Source of the DNA: a bacterium
Lineage (GTDB): Bacteria; Patescibacteriota; Minisyncoccia; Moranbacterales; UBA2206
Length of the DNA: 62,298 bases
Direction: 5' to 3'
Assembly (NCBI GenBank): GCA_029567195.1
Contig: JAKQLJ010000038.1
Span: 1-62,298, forward strand
The notes beneath the pieces were generated by a model that saw nothing but the letters and a program-made list of their open reading frames with translations, was not told the DNA's origin and did no database searches. The translations under genes were made by a program, and so were the position numbers. Shown piece by piece: positions 17,823-26,892 of the stretch (position 1 is the first letter of the stretch; every line of letters begins with the position of its first letter).

Positions 17823-17939
17823 AAGGAAATATTAAAATGAAAACCGGACAATGTCAAAGCAATTTTTTCGTTTTAATGACAAGGAAGCGTTGTTTATTGT
17901 ATAATGATAAAAGAATAAACATCAAAAATAAAAACAGAT

Positions 17940-18869
17940 ATGAATTGGCTGACTATTACTGCGGTCGCATATTTTCTTTTAGCTTTGGAAGTAGTTTTGA
18001 ATAAATTTCTTCTTTCTTCCAAGCGCATTTCCCATCCGGTAATCTATGCTTTTTATGCCGGAGCAACCGGACTTTTTGCTCTGGTGTTTTTGCCTTTCGG
18101 TTTTCATTGGATAGGATTTTCTGATATTCTTCTCCGTTTTTTGGGCGGCATTGTTTTTATCTACGGAATGCTGGCATTTTTTTCGGCGCTTGATAAGGGG
18201 GAGGCTAGTCGCGTAACGCCAGTAGTGGGGGCGGTTGTGCCGATAATCATCTTTTTTCTTTCCATGATTTTTTTGGGGGAACGTTTAAACTTTCAGGAAA
18301 TTAGCGGTCTTCTGGCGCTTGTTACAGGAGGCTTATGGATTTCCTATGATTTTGGCGCCAAGAAAAAATTTCAGTTATTTTCTGGTTTTTATTGGTCCGT
18401 CTTGGCCGGAATTCTTTTGGCTGTTTCAGCGACAACATTTAAAAATTTCTATACCCATGACAATTTTTTAAATGTTTATATTTGGACCAGAATGGGTGCT
18501 TTTTTGGGAGTGTTGATTTTTTTTCTCGTTCCGGGGTGGAGAAAAATTATTTTATCGTCCCTTTCTAAGTTTAAAAAACCCGGATCTGACAACAAAAGAT
18601 CGGGAATTTTGTTTATTTTGGCAAGATCTCTGGGCGGCGGCGGTTCAATCCTCAAAGAAAAAGCTACTTCCTTGACGCTGGCCAGTGTTACTTTGGTTAA
18701 CGCCCTGGTTTCTTTGGAATATGTTTTTGTTTTTGCTCTGGGTGTTCTTTTTTCTTTTTGGTTGCCGGGTGTTTTTATGGAAAAGAAAGATTGGAAAAGC
18801 GTGGGGCAAAAAATCATAGCTATATGCATAATAACCGTCGGCTTTATGCTAATTTCGGAAAACAAATAA
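17940..18869 (+). CDS. EamA/DMT family membrane transporter
   Basis: About ten TM segments, ALDKGEASRVTP..P, GERL. Confidence 0.8.
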   Translation: MNWLTITAVAYFLLALEVVLNKFLLSSKRISHPVIYAFYAGATGLFALVFLPFGFHWIGFSDILLRFLGGIVFIYGMLAFFSALDKGEASRVTPVVGAVVPIIIFFLSMIFLGERLNFQEISGLLALVTGGLWISYDFGAKKKFQLFSGFYWSVLAGILLAVSATTFKNFYTHDNFLNVYIWTRMGAFLGVLIFFLVPGWRKIILSSLSKFKKPGSDNKRSGILFILARSLGGGGSILKEKATSLTLASVTLVNALVSLEYVFVFALGVLFSFWLPGVFMEKKDWKSVGQKIIAICIITVGFMLISENK

Positions 18870-18873
18870 AGTC

Positions 18874-19881
18874 ATGAAAATAATCAAAAAAATCGTTCCC
18901 CGAATCCTGTTGGTTTTTTTAATTGCCATTGTCGCTCTTTTGATTTTTTTTAACTGGCCGACCAAAAGGGAAAACGAGAATGTTAAATTTGGCATCACTT
19001 TTTCTGCCCGTTATGCCAATGATATCCATCTTGATTGGAAAAAAGTTTATCTAGTCATCCTTGACGATTTAGGGGCGAAAAAAATACGCCTTCCGATTTA
19101 TTGGGATTTAACGGAAAAAACTTCCGGGGAATATGATTTTTCCGATATTGATTGGCAGCTTGATGAAGCCCAAAAAAGAAACGCAGAAGTTATTCTGGTC
19201 ATTGGCCAAAAAGTGCCTCGCTGGCCGGAATGTGCCATTCCCTTGTGGCTTAAAGATGACGATGAAAAAAGGAAGGAAAGTTTGTTGAAATTTTTGGGCG
19301 TAATTGTGGAAAGATATAAGGATAATGAAACAATAAAATATTGGCAAGTAGAAAACGAACCTTTTTTGCCTTTCGGAATATGTCCGGATCTGGATGTGGA
19401 CTTTTTGGATAAAGAGATAGCCAAAGTCCGGTCGATTGATCAATCAAAAAAAATAATCATTACGGACAGCGGCGAACTGAGCCTCTGGGTGCGGGCGGCC
19501 AAACGAGCTGATGTTTTTGGCACCACAATGTATCGCACCATTTGGAAGAAAGGTCTTGGCTATTTTGACTATCCGATCGGACCGAGATTTTTTCAATTTA
19601 AATATTTTTTAAATAAAAAAATTGCCAAACAGGATAAAATTATGGTCATTGAACTTCAAGGCGAGCCGTGGATTTCCGGCTATACGACAAGCGAGCCGCT
19701 TTCCGAACAATTCAAATCCATGAATGCCGAGAAATTAAAAGATAATGTGGCGTTCGCCAGAAGAGTCGGTTTTCCCGAAGTTTATCTCTGGGGCGTGGAA
19801 TGGTGGTATTGGCTGAAAATGGAGCAAGGCCACAGTGAACTCTGGGAAGAGGCCAAAAGTTTGTTTAATGAAGGAAAATAA
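18874..19881 (+). CDS. Membrane-anchored clan GH-A glycoside hydrolase (beta-galactosidase/GH5-like)
   Basis: IRLPIYW, WQVENEP (acid/base) and IELQGEPW (nucleophile). Confidence 0.75.
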   Translation: MKIIKKIVPRILLVFLIAIVALLIFFNWPTKRENENVKFGITFSARYANDIHLDWKKVYLVILDDLGAKKIRLPIYWDLTEKTSGEYDFSDIDWQLDEAQKRNAEVILVIGQKVPRWPECAIPLWLKDDDEKRKESLLKFLGVIVERYKDNETIKYWQVENEPFLPFGICPDLDVDFLDKEIAKVRSIDQSKKIIITDSGELSLWVRAAKRADVFGTTMYRTIWKKGLGYFDYPIGPRFFQFKYFLNKKIAKQDKIMVIELQGEPWISGYTTSEPLSEQFKSMNAEKLKDNVAFARRVGFPEVYLWGVEWWYWLKMEQGHSELWEEAKSLFNEGK

Positions 19882-19912
19882 AATATAATAAAGAGGTAAA
19901 ACAAATTTTTTT

Positions 19913-21073
19913 ATGGAGCGAGTTAAAAAACACATAGGCGTTCATCATATAAGTTCCTGGAAAGCATTTCTAATGGTGCTTTTTGTAATTTTAGCCGGTG
20001 TTTTAGGCATAGCTTATACCATTCAAGCTTATCCGGAAATTTTCAAAACCGATATTGCTTTGGAAAAAAATAATAATATTTCTCCGACCGAAACAATTGT
20101 TGTCAATTTTTCCCAGCCGGTGCTGAATGAAAGTTATGAATCAGGAATAAGGATATCTCCTTCCGTGGAAACAAAAGTAAGCTGGGATTCAACCAAGAAG
20201 AAAATGTTTATAATTCCTTTGGCTTTTTGGCGTCCGGAAACCAATTACAAGATATCTCTTCCGGAAGGAAGAAACGCTCTTTTGGGAAAAATAGAAAAGA
20301 CGGAGTTGGAATTTTCGACCGCCAACTTTCCCAAGGTTAATAAGATTCATCCGGTCGATGGGGCGGAAAATGTTCTGATAGGTTTGGAAGATCCGGTAGT
20401 CTTGGATTTTGATAGATCCACTGAAGGATTTTTTCTGAAGTTTGTCATCAGCCCTTCCAGCGGCATGGCTTATCAAAATAATCAGGAAAAAACCCAGTTT
20501 AAACTTTTGCCGAAGGAAAAAGTAAAAGACGGAGAAACTTATGAAATCAAGGTCTATGCTAAATATGTCAAGGATACGGATGATGGCTACAAAGAAATAT
20601 TTCGAAGTTCATTTGAAACCGTGGCGCCTCCTCCCAGCGCTTGGGATAAGGATTTTGGCAAAAGAATAGAACAGGCAAAAAAATATACCAAAGCCCAGCT
20701 AGAAACGGGAAAATATATCGATATCAATCTGGAAAGTCAGATACTTTCCATTTTTGAAGAAGGGAAAATACTGGGTGCTTATATTATTTCCACGGGAAAA
20801 AGAGGTATGGATACTCCCAAGGGAAAATTTGAAATAATGAGCAAGAGGCAGCGTCCTTGGTCTAAGAAATATTCTCTTTATATGCCTTGGTTTATGCAGT
20901 TTACCTCTGAAGGTCATGGCATTCATGAGCTTCCAGAATGGCCAGGCGGGTATAAAGAAGGGGCCAATCATTTGGGTATTCCTGTTTCTCATGGTTGCGT
21001 CAGATTGGGAGTCGGACCGGCTAAAGATGTTTATGCTTGGTCAGATGTGGGGACGCCGGTGGTCATTCATTAG
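19913..21073 (+). CDS. L,D-transpeptidase (YkuD) with N-terminal Ig-like domains
   Basis: ISTGK..TP.G.F, GIH and SHGCVRL. Confidence 0.9.
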   Translation: MERVKKHIGVHHISSWKAFLMVLFVILAGVLGIAYTIQAYPEIFKTDIALEKNNNISPTETIVVNFSQPVLNESYESGIRISPSVETKVSWDSTKKKMFIIPLAFWRPETNYKISLPEGRNALLGKIEKTELEFSTANFPKVNKIHPVDGAENVLIGLEDPVVLDFDRSTEGFFLKFVISPSSGMAYQNNQEKTQFKLLPKEKVKDGETYEIKVYAKYVKDTDDGYKEIFRSSFETVAPPPSAWDKDFGKRIEQAKKYTKAQLETGKYIDINLESQILSIFEEGKILGAYIISTGKRGMDTPKGKFEIMSKRQRPWSKKYSLYMPWFMQFTSEGHGIHELPEWPGGYKEGANHLGIPVSHGCVRLGVGPAKDVYAWSDVGTPVVIH

Positions 21074-21163
21074 GCGCAATTGTTTATTAGTGTCGGAACA
21101 TATTAGCATTTGGCATCCTTGCGGGCGGTAGATGTTAAAAAGAGAATGTGGTAAAATGCTAAG

Positions 21164-22336
21164 ATGAAAAATAAGCCTTTTATCTTCTTGAAATATCACC
21201 TTCCTGCCGTTTTGTGGGCTGGCGTCATTTTTTATTTTTCCAACGTGCCGGACCTGAAAGTTGGAGCGGAAAGCATAAGATGGGAAATTATTTGGAGAAA
21301 AGCGGCTCACACTGGAGAATATGCTGTTTTATTTTGGCTTCTATGGAGGCTTTTTTATTATGGTTACAGAAAGACATTAAAAAAGTCGCTGGCGATTTCC
21401 TTGATTGTTGTTTTTCTCTATTCCATTAGTGATGAATATCATCAGACACTTACTTTCGGAAGAACCGGAAAAATAATTGATGTTATCTTCGACCTGCTAA
21501 GCGCTTTTCTGACTTTGCAATTGATTATTTTTTATAAAGAAGATAAGGCTAGAAAAAAAATAATAGTGCCTATCTTTATTACTCTGATGCTGATCGTTAA
21601 CATGGAATATGAAATGATAAGGGAAAGCGAAGGGGGGGATGGTGAAAAAATAGAAACGAATGTAAAAAAGGACTATTTTTTTGAAGAAAAAACAGAGCCG
21701 CCGAAGGCAGAAGAAAAAAAGGAAGAAGATATTTTTTTTGTTGAAGACGAAAAGAAAGAAGAAGCTTTGCCTTTAAAAATAAAAATAAATGTTCCCTTTA
21801 CCACTCAGGCTCCTTTTGCCAATTGGGATGAATATCATGAAGAATCATGCGAGGAAGCATCAATTATTATGATTAAATATTATCTGGACGGAAAATCTTT
21901 GAACAAGGAAATAGCGGAGAAGGAAATTCAATCAATGATAAAGTTTCAGATTAAAAATTACGGGGATTACAAAGATACTTCCGCCAAAGAAAGCGAAAAG
22001 CTAGCCAAAGATTTTTACGGCATTGCCAATTTAAAAGTTGTTTATGATTTCAAAAAAGAAGATATTAAAAAATATCTGGCCCAAAAAAAGCCGATCATTG
22101 TTCCGGCAGCCGGCCGGCTTCTCGGAAATCCCAATTTTACTCCTCCTGGACCTCTGTATCATAACTTGGTCCTTGTTGGCTATGAAGGCGATATGATTAT
22201 TACCAATGATCCTGGCACGAGAAAGGGGGAAGGGTATAGATATGATATAGATACTTTTTATGAGGCTATTCACGATTTTCCAGGCAATCCGGTCAATATA
22301 GAAAAGGGTCGGAAGGCGATGATAGTTTTGGAATAA
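21164..22336 (+). CDS. VanZ-like membrane domain fused to a C39-like cysteine peptidase domain
   Basis: RKAAH..EY, SDEYHQ..GR (VanZ); VPFTTQAP, CEEAS, YHNLVLVGY, NDPG (C39-like). Confidence 0.75.
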   Translation: MKNKPFIFLKYHLPAVLWAGVIFYFSNVPDLKVGAESIRWEIIWRKAAHTGEYAVLFWLLWRLFYYGYRKTLKKSLAISLIVVFLYSISDEYHQTLTFGRTGKIIDVIFDLLSAFLTLQLIIFYKEDKARKKIIVPIFITLMLIVNMEYEMIRESEGGDGEKIETNVKKDYFFEEKTEPPKAEEKKEEDIFFVEDEKKEEALPLKIKINVPFTTQAPFANWDEYHEESCEEASIIMIKYYLDGKSLNKEIAEKEIQSMIKFQIKNYGDYKDTSAKESEKLAKDFYGIANLKVVYDFKKEDIKKYLAQKKPIIVPAAGRLLGNPNFTPPGPLYHNLVLVGYEGDMIITNDPGTRKGEGYRYDIDTFYEAIHDFPGNPVNIEKGRKAMIVLE

Positions 22337-22430
22337 CGGCGTGTGCTATAATTAATATATAAAATAGCGATTCAAATAATGGCAAGCGTTTATTTTGAAA
22401 TAAGAGTCGCTTAAAAAAATAGAAAGAGAG

Positions 22431-22613
22431 GTGAAAAATATGAATAAAAAAACGGCCGATATAATGGTAATGCTTTCTGTAGTAGCCGCTGTCATCTCTG
22501 CTTATGTTTCTTTTACTCAGAGTGATATTTTAAAGCTGGCTGGAACTCAATGGATTTTAATTGCTATAGTTCTTGGAATTTATGGCCTTTATATTAGAGA
22601 AAGATCTGCCTAA
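22431..22613 (+). CDS. Small 2-TM membrane protein
   Basis: GAGAGG SD; two hydrophobic helices. Confidence 0.6.
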   Translation: MKNMNKKTADIMVMLSVVAAVISAYVSFTQSDILKLAGTQWILIAIVLGIYGLYIRERSA

Positions 22614-22643
22614 TAATTCTCTAAAATTTAAATTGAAACCAAT

Positions 22644-23312
22644 ATGTCCAAAATCATTGTTGATATAGAAACGATAGGTTTTGATTTCGACAGTTTTGAT
22701 AAAAAGAGCCAGGAATATCTTCTAAAATTCAGCGAAACCGAAGAGGATAAGCTGGAAACAAAAAACAGGTTGTCTCTCTATCCAATGTCCGGAGAAATTG
22801 TAACTATTGGAATGCTTAATCCCGATACTATGAAAGGCTGTGTTTTGTTTCAAAATAAAGGGATGAAAATGGAGAAAAAGGAAGAGAACGGCATTGTTTT
22901 TGAGACCGGAAATGAAAAGGAAATTTTAGAAAAATTTTGGGAAAGGGTAAAAACCTATAATCAGGTGATAACTTTCAATGGTCGGGGTTTTGACGGACCC
23001 TTTCTTGTTCTTCGCAGTTCCATTCATAAGATCAAAACAACGAAAAATTTGATGGGCTATCGGTATAATTATCGGGAACACTGCGATCTTTTGGATCAGC
23101 TTACTTTTTACGGGGCGATCAGGAAATATAATCTTGATTTTTATGCCAAGAGTTTTGGAATAAAAAGCTCAAAAGAAGAAGGCGTTGACGGATCAATGGT
23201 CGGTCAGATGTATAAAGAGGGGAAATATATGGAGGTGGCTGAATATTGCCTTCGCGATCTTTTGACCACCAAAGAAATTTTCGATTATTGGGATAAATAT
23301 ATTAGGTTTTAA
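22644..23312 (+). CDS. DEDD/PolB-like 3'-5' exonuclease (RNase H-like)
   Basis: VDIET, TFNGRGFD, HCDL, YCLRD. Confidence 0.85.
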   Translation: MSKIIVDIETIGFDFDSFDKKSQEYLLKFSETEEDKLETKNRLSLYPMSGEIVTIGMLNPDTMKGCVLFQNKGMKMEKKEENGIVFETGNEKEILEKFWERVKTYNQVITFNGRGFDGPFLVLRSSIHKIKTTKNLMGYRYNYREHCDLLDQLTFYGAIRKYNLDFYAKSFGIKSSKEEGVDGSMVGQMYKEGKYMEVAEYCLRDLLTTKEIFDYWDKYIRF

Positions 23313-23367
23313 TGGATAGGATTTTAGAATAAGTGATATAATTGAAGTAGCTTTTAATTTTAAGAAT

Positions 23368-24054
23368 ATGACTCAAAAAATAGCGGTATTTGATATAGAC
23401 GGAACAATATTTAGAAAAAATCTGGCTTTTGAGCTCATCAATGAGCTGGCCTGGATGAAAGTTTTTAAAAAGGAAGTCAGAAAAACCTTAACCGATCTTT
23501 ACTCTCGCTGGCTTGATCATGAAGGCACTTATGAAGAATACAGAAAAGCCCTGGTTGCTATTTATTTTGAAAATTTAAAAGGTTGTCGCCAAGAGCAGAT
23601 ATTAAAAGCCAGTAAATTGGTAGTGCCTTTTTATAAAAACCGCACCTATATTTTTGCCATTCAACTGATTGAAAAATTAAGAAGAGAGGATTATAATATT
23701 ATTGCTGTTTCCGGATCGCCGTCGGAAATAGTGGAGGAGTATAACAAATATCTCAAATTTGACGCCGTCTTCGGTTCGGTCTATGAAATAGACAGCGAAG
23801 GTTTTTATACCGGCAAGGCGATATTTGAGCCGACCATCCATAAGGGTCATGTGGTGAGGCAATATGTAACGGAAAATAATTTGAATTTCAAGGGATCTTA
23901 CGGGATAGGAGATACGGAATCGGATGTTAAATTTTTGGAAATAGTGGAAAATCCCATCGCTTTTAATCCCAATTCTAATTTACATGCTATTGCCAAAAAA
24001 AGAGGTTGGCGAATTGTAGTAGAAAAAAAAGATGTAATTTATGATATAAAATAA
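23368..24054 (+). CDS. HAD-IB family hydrolase (SerB-like)
   Basis: FDIDGT, VSGS, K, GDTESD. Confidence 0.9.
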   Translation: MTQKIAVFDIDGTIFRKNLAFELINELAWMKVFKKEVRKTLTDLYSRWLDHEGTYEEYRKALVAIYFENLKGCRQEQILKASKLVVPFYKNRTYIFAIQLIEKLRREDYNIIAVSGSPSEIVEEYNKYLKFDAVFGSVYEIDSEGFYTGKAIFEPTIHKGHVVRQYVTENNLNFKGSYGIGDTESDVKFLEIVENPIAFNPNSNLHAIAKKRGWRIVVEKKDVIYDIK

Positions 24055-24058
24055 ATTT

Positions 24059-24256
24059 ATGAACCCCTATGTTGTCTTGATAATAATTGTCGCAGTGTTT
24101 GTTTTTCTTATTTATCTTTTGATTGATTTTGCTTCTTCCAATGCCAATGCTTTTATGGACAAGTGGGCAAAAAAAACTTTATGGATTTGGTTGCCTTTTT
24201 ATGGTTTATGGCGGCTGGTAAGGGAAGTGATTCTTAAGAAAAGAATAATAAAATGA
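24059..24256 (+). CDS. Small membrane protein
   Basis: 65 aa with hydrophobic N-terminus. Confidence 0.55.
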   Translation: MNPYVVLIIIVAVFVFLIYLLIDFASSNANAFMDKWAKKTLWIWLPFYGLWRLVREVILKKRIIK

Positions 24257-24260
24257 GATG

Positions 24261-24292
24261 TAAAAACCCCCGCTGAAGCGGGGGTTTTTAAA
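24261..24292. terminator. Bidirectional terminator
   Basis: AAAAACCCCCGC-TGAA-GCGGGGGTTTTT between convergent genes. Confidence 0.85.
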
Positions 24293-24313
24293 AGAAATAT
24301 TCAATGCAGGTTT

Positions 24314-24658
24314 TTATTTGACGTTTTCTATCAGTTTTTCAAATACTTTTGGATTTTCTACGGCCATTTGGGATAATACTTTTCTGTCAATTTCTACTTT
24401 CTTATCAGCCATAATTTTTATGAATGAACTGTATTTTAGACCCATCTCTCTCAGAGCAATGTTTAGCCTGGTTATCCAAAGGCTTCTGAATGTTCTTTTT
24501 TTGGCTCGCCTGTCGCGCAGGGCATATTTTCCAGCCTTAATAACAGCTTGCTTGGCTGTTCTGTAATGGGATTTTCTTTTCCAACGGTATCCTTTGGCGT
24601 CTTCCAGAAGATTATCTCTTCTTTTTTTAGCGGCCACTCCGCGTTTTACTCTAGTCAT
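24314..24658 (-). CDS. rplT: 50S ribosomal protein L20
   Basis: MTRVKRG...RDRRAKKRTFRSLWITR. Confidence 0.98.
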   Translation of the reverse strand: MTRVKRGVAAKKRRDNLLEDAKGYRWKRKSHYRTAKQAVIKAGKYALRDRRAKKRTFRSLWITRLNIALREMGLKYSSFIKIMADKKVEIDRKVLSQMAVENPKVFEKLIENVK

Positions 24659-24677
24659 GGAATTAGTTTTTTTAGGT

Positions 24678-24738
24678 GTTAGCTTTCAGCTTCTAGTCTA
24701 GGTCCCTAAAAGCCGCAAGCTAAAAGCTAGAAGCTTTT
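24678..24738. repeat. Inverted pair of heptamer arrays (TAAAAGC/TAGAAGC)
   Basis: TAGCTTTCAGCTTCTAG ... TAAAAGCCGCAAGCTAAAAGCTAGAAGC. Confidence 0.65.
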
Positions 24739-24934
24739 AAGCATAAGGCATAGCCTTCAGAACATTTTTTTCGTCAGCTCTGAAAAGTCTGATGTCGCCC
24801 TTTTTGTTTCTTCCTTTTTGTCCGGTTTCCTTGGAATTGTAATGATTTTGTCCGGTGTTTCTTCTAGTTACTTTTTTTCTTTTTGTGATTTTTATTCTTT
24901 TTGACAGCGCCTTGTTTGTCTTCAATTTTGGCAT
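24737..24934 (-). CDS. rpmI: 50S ribosomal protein L35
   Basis: MPKLKTNKALSKR; position between infC and rplT. Confidence 0.95.
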   Translation of the reverse strand: MPKLKTNKALSKRIKITKRKKVTRRNTGQNHYNSKETGQKGRNKKGDIRLFRADEKNVLKAMPYA

Positions 24935-24990
24935 AAAATTAAAACGAATAGCCATACTTTTTTGCGTCTTGGTTATTCGATGGTTATTAA

Positions 24991-25548
24991 TTATTCCGGG
25001 GCGATTATCACATTAAATCCTCCTGGATATCTTTTTACTTCTTGCTCTATCTTATGTGGAACGGATATTGATCTTATAAAATTTTGCAGGTTCAGTCTGG
25101 CCAAGTCCTGATGAGCTTTTTCTCTTCCTCTCATGGTTATTTCCACTTTCACCTTGTTGCCCTTTTTGAGGAACTTTTCCGCCTGATTTTTCTTGAAATT
25201 CAGATCATGATCGTCGGTCCTTACGCCGATTCGTATTCCTTTTATATCAAATTTCTTTTGCTTGGCTTTACTCATACGTTCCTGGCGCGATTTTTGATAT
25301 TGAAATTTTCCAAAATCCATAATTCGGCAAACCGGCGGATTGGCCTTTGGCGCCACCTCAACAAGATCCAGAGATTTTTCTCGGGCTATTTGCAGGGCGT
25401 CCCAAGGAGTCATTACGCCCAATTGATTTCCTTCGTCGTCAACTACCCTTATTTCTCGAGCTCGTATGAATTCATTTATTCTGGCTAGAGGCTCTTTCTT
25501 AACGAAAGGCCTTCTTTGAAATGTTCGTCTGATAACTTTTGTGTTAAT
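24991..25548 (-). CDS. infC: Translation initiation factor IF-3 (non-canonical ATT/ATC start)
   Basis: RINEFIRAREIRVV..EG.QLG lies upstream of the ORF-track start. No ATG/GTG/TTG in frame before it; ATT at 25548 or ATC at 25533. Confidence 0.92.
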   Translation of the reverse strand: MNTKVIRRTFQRRPFVKKEPLARINEFIRAREIRVVDDEGNQLGVMTPWDALQIAREKSLDLVEVAPKANPPVCRIMDFGKFQYQKSRQERMSKAKQKKFDIKGIRIGVRTDDHDLNFKKNQAEKFLKKGNKVKVEITMRGREKAHQDLARLNLQNFIRSISVPHKIEQEVKRYPGGFNVIIAPE

Positions 25549-25802
25549 TTATTAAATATATAATTGTTCAATTGTTTTTTTAAAAATTTTCTTCCTGATC
25601 CAGATTTAAGGAATTTTTCCCGTTTCTTTGCATCTAATTTATTTAGGTAAGCCTCATAGTAAATTAATTTCTATGGTCTTTTCTTTCTGGTAGCTATATT
25701 CTCTCCTTTATTATGGCTAATAAATCTCTTCTTCAGATCTTCACTATATCCAATATACTAGCTGTTGTCTATGGAGCTTTCTAATAAATAAGTATAAAAC
25801 AT
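25485..25802 (-). pseudogene. Small GIY-YIG endonuclease gene with two in-frame TAG codons
   Basis: MFYTYLLESSIDNS*YIGYSEDLKKRFISHNKG..RP*KLIYYEAYLNKLDAKKREKFLKSGSGR; no frameshift. Confidence 0.85.
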
Positions 25803-25812
25803 TTTTATTTGG

Positions 25813-25898
25813 TGCCGCGTAAAGAAATTTGCTAAAGCAAATTTCCACGCGGCTACCACGTGATGAAATTTTTTCAGAAAAAATTTCATTTTACGTGG
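25813..25898. repeat. Double-hairpin element, GCCGCGT family, copy 1
   Basis: TGCCGCGT..CACGCGGC and CCACGT..TGAAATTTT/AAAATTTCA..ACGTGG. Confidence 0.75.
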
Positions 25899-26291
25899 TG
25901 GAGATGGCGAGAATTGAACTCGCGTCCAAAATTATTCTTCCAAAATAATCTACAAGTTTAGCTTATCTGTTTGTTCAATTAAAGATAATAAATAAGCAAA
26001 ATCACTTTAATTTATTTCTGATATAATTTTACTAATATTACTCAGAAAAAACAATATTAGCTATTCTGATGTTTGACACCAAGATCTGCCTATCAGAAGT
26101 CGGCAGTTTGATGGCTAAAGCTATGTTTAAGCTAAAGCAGGAGCGAAAGACGGTGCAAAAGCTTGCGCAATTGCTGTCTTTGCCTTTGTTATGAAGTTTG
26201 CACTTATAACTTTGATAAAAATTTTAACGGGTCATTATCATTCCCGACTTGCCTATTTTAAAAGTACAACCTGTCGAAACCAAACATCCCC
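25896..26291 (-). ncRNA. ssrA: tmRNA
   Basis: 5' GGGGATGTTTGGTTTCGACAGG; 3' T-arm GTTCAATTC and CATCTCCACCA; G3.U Ala identity pair; tag frame 26127-26201; adjacent to smpB. Confidence 0.95.
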
Positions 26292-26353
26292 TAAATCAGC
26301 ATTGGGTGTTCTAAAGACAATAAATCCATATTTTATTTATTGTTTACCGAACA

Positions 26354-26812
26354 CTAATTCTTATTTCCCAGAAAGGCTCGTCTTATGCCTCTTTCATCTT
26401 CTCTCTTCTTGATTTTCTCTCTCTTGTCATATTCCTTTTTTCCTTTTCCTAAGCCGAATTCCAGCTTAATAAGTCGCTTTTTAGTATATACCCGGATAGG
26501 CACTAATGTCAAGCCCTGAGTTCTGGCTTTGCCTATTAAATGTTTGATTTCTGATTTTTTTAGCAAAAGTTTTCTGGGATTTGTCGGATTATAATTGGCC
26601 ACTTTCCCCGCATGCTTGTAAAGAGGGATATTGGCGTTTGTCAGATACAATTCATTTCCTTTTATGGTTACAAAACTTTCCTTCAAGCTGATATGTCCTG
26701 TTTTAATGGACTTTACTTCAAATCCGGCCAAAACCAAGCCGGCCTCGTATTTATCAAGTATTTGGTAGTCAAAATTAGCCCGTTTGTTGAAAGCAAGAGT
26801 AGCCATAGTCAA
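26354..26812 (-). CDS. smpB: SsrA-binding protein
   Basis: NKRANFDY, EAGLVL.G.EVKS, RKLLL, GKGKKEYDKRE. Confidence 0.98.
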   Translation of the reverse strand: MTMATLAFNKRANFDYQILDKYEAGLVLAGFEVKSIKTGHISLKESFVTIKGNELYLTNANIPLYKHAGKVANYNPTNPRKLLLKKSEIKHLIGKARTQGLTLVPIRVYTKKRLIKLEFGLGKGKKEYDKREKIKKREDERGIRRAFLGNKN

Positions 26813-26892
26813 AGTTTATCAATTAATTGAGATTATGCAAAATAGAATCGCTTCCAAATAAAAAATACCCCGCAGGGCATCTTTTAATTTTT

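Noticed and set aside
17570-18004. ORF-track ORFs 17570-17857 (-) and 17684-18004 (+)
   Set aside because: No SD; they start inside the promoter or cross the terminator and the EamA start. The region is better explained as structured RNA.
25485-25802. Genome-wide TAG or TGA recoding (such as code 25)
   Set aside because: TAG and TGA terminate many intact genes in the window, and Trp is encoded by TGG.
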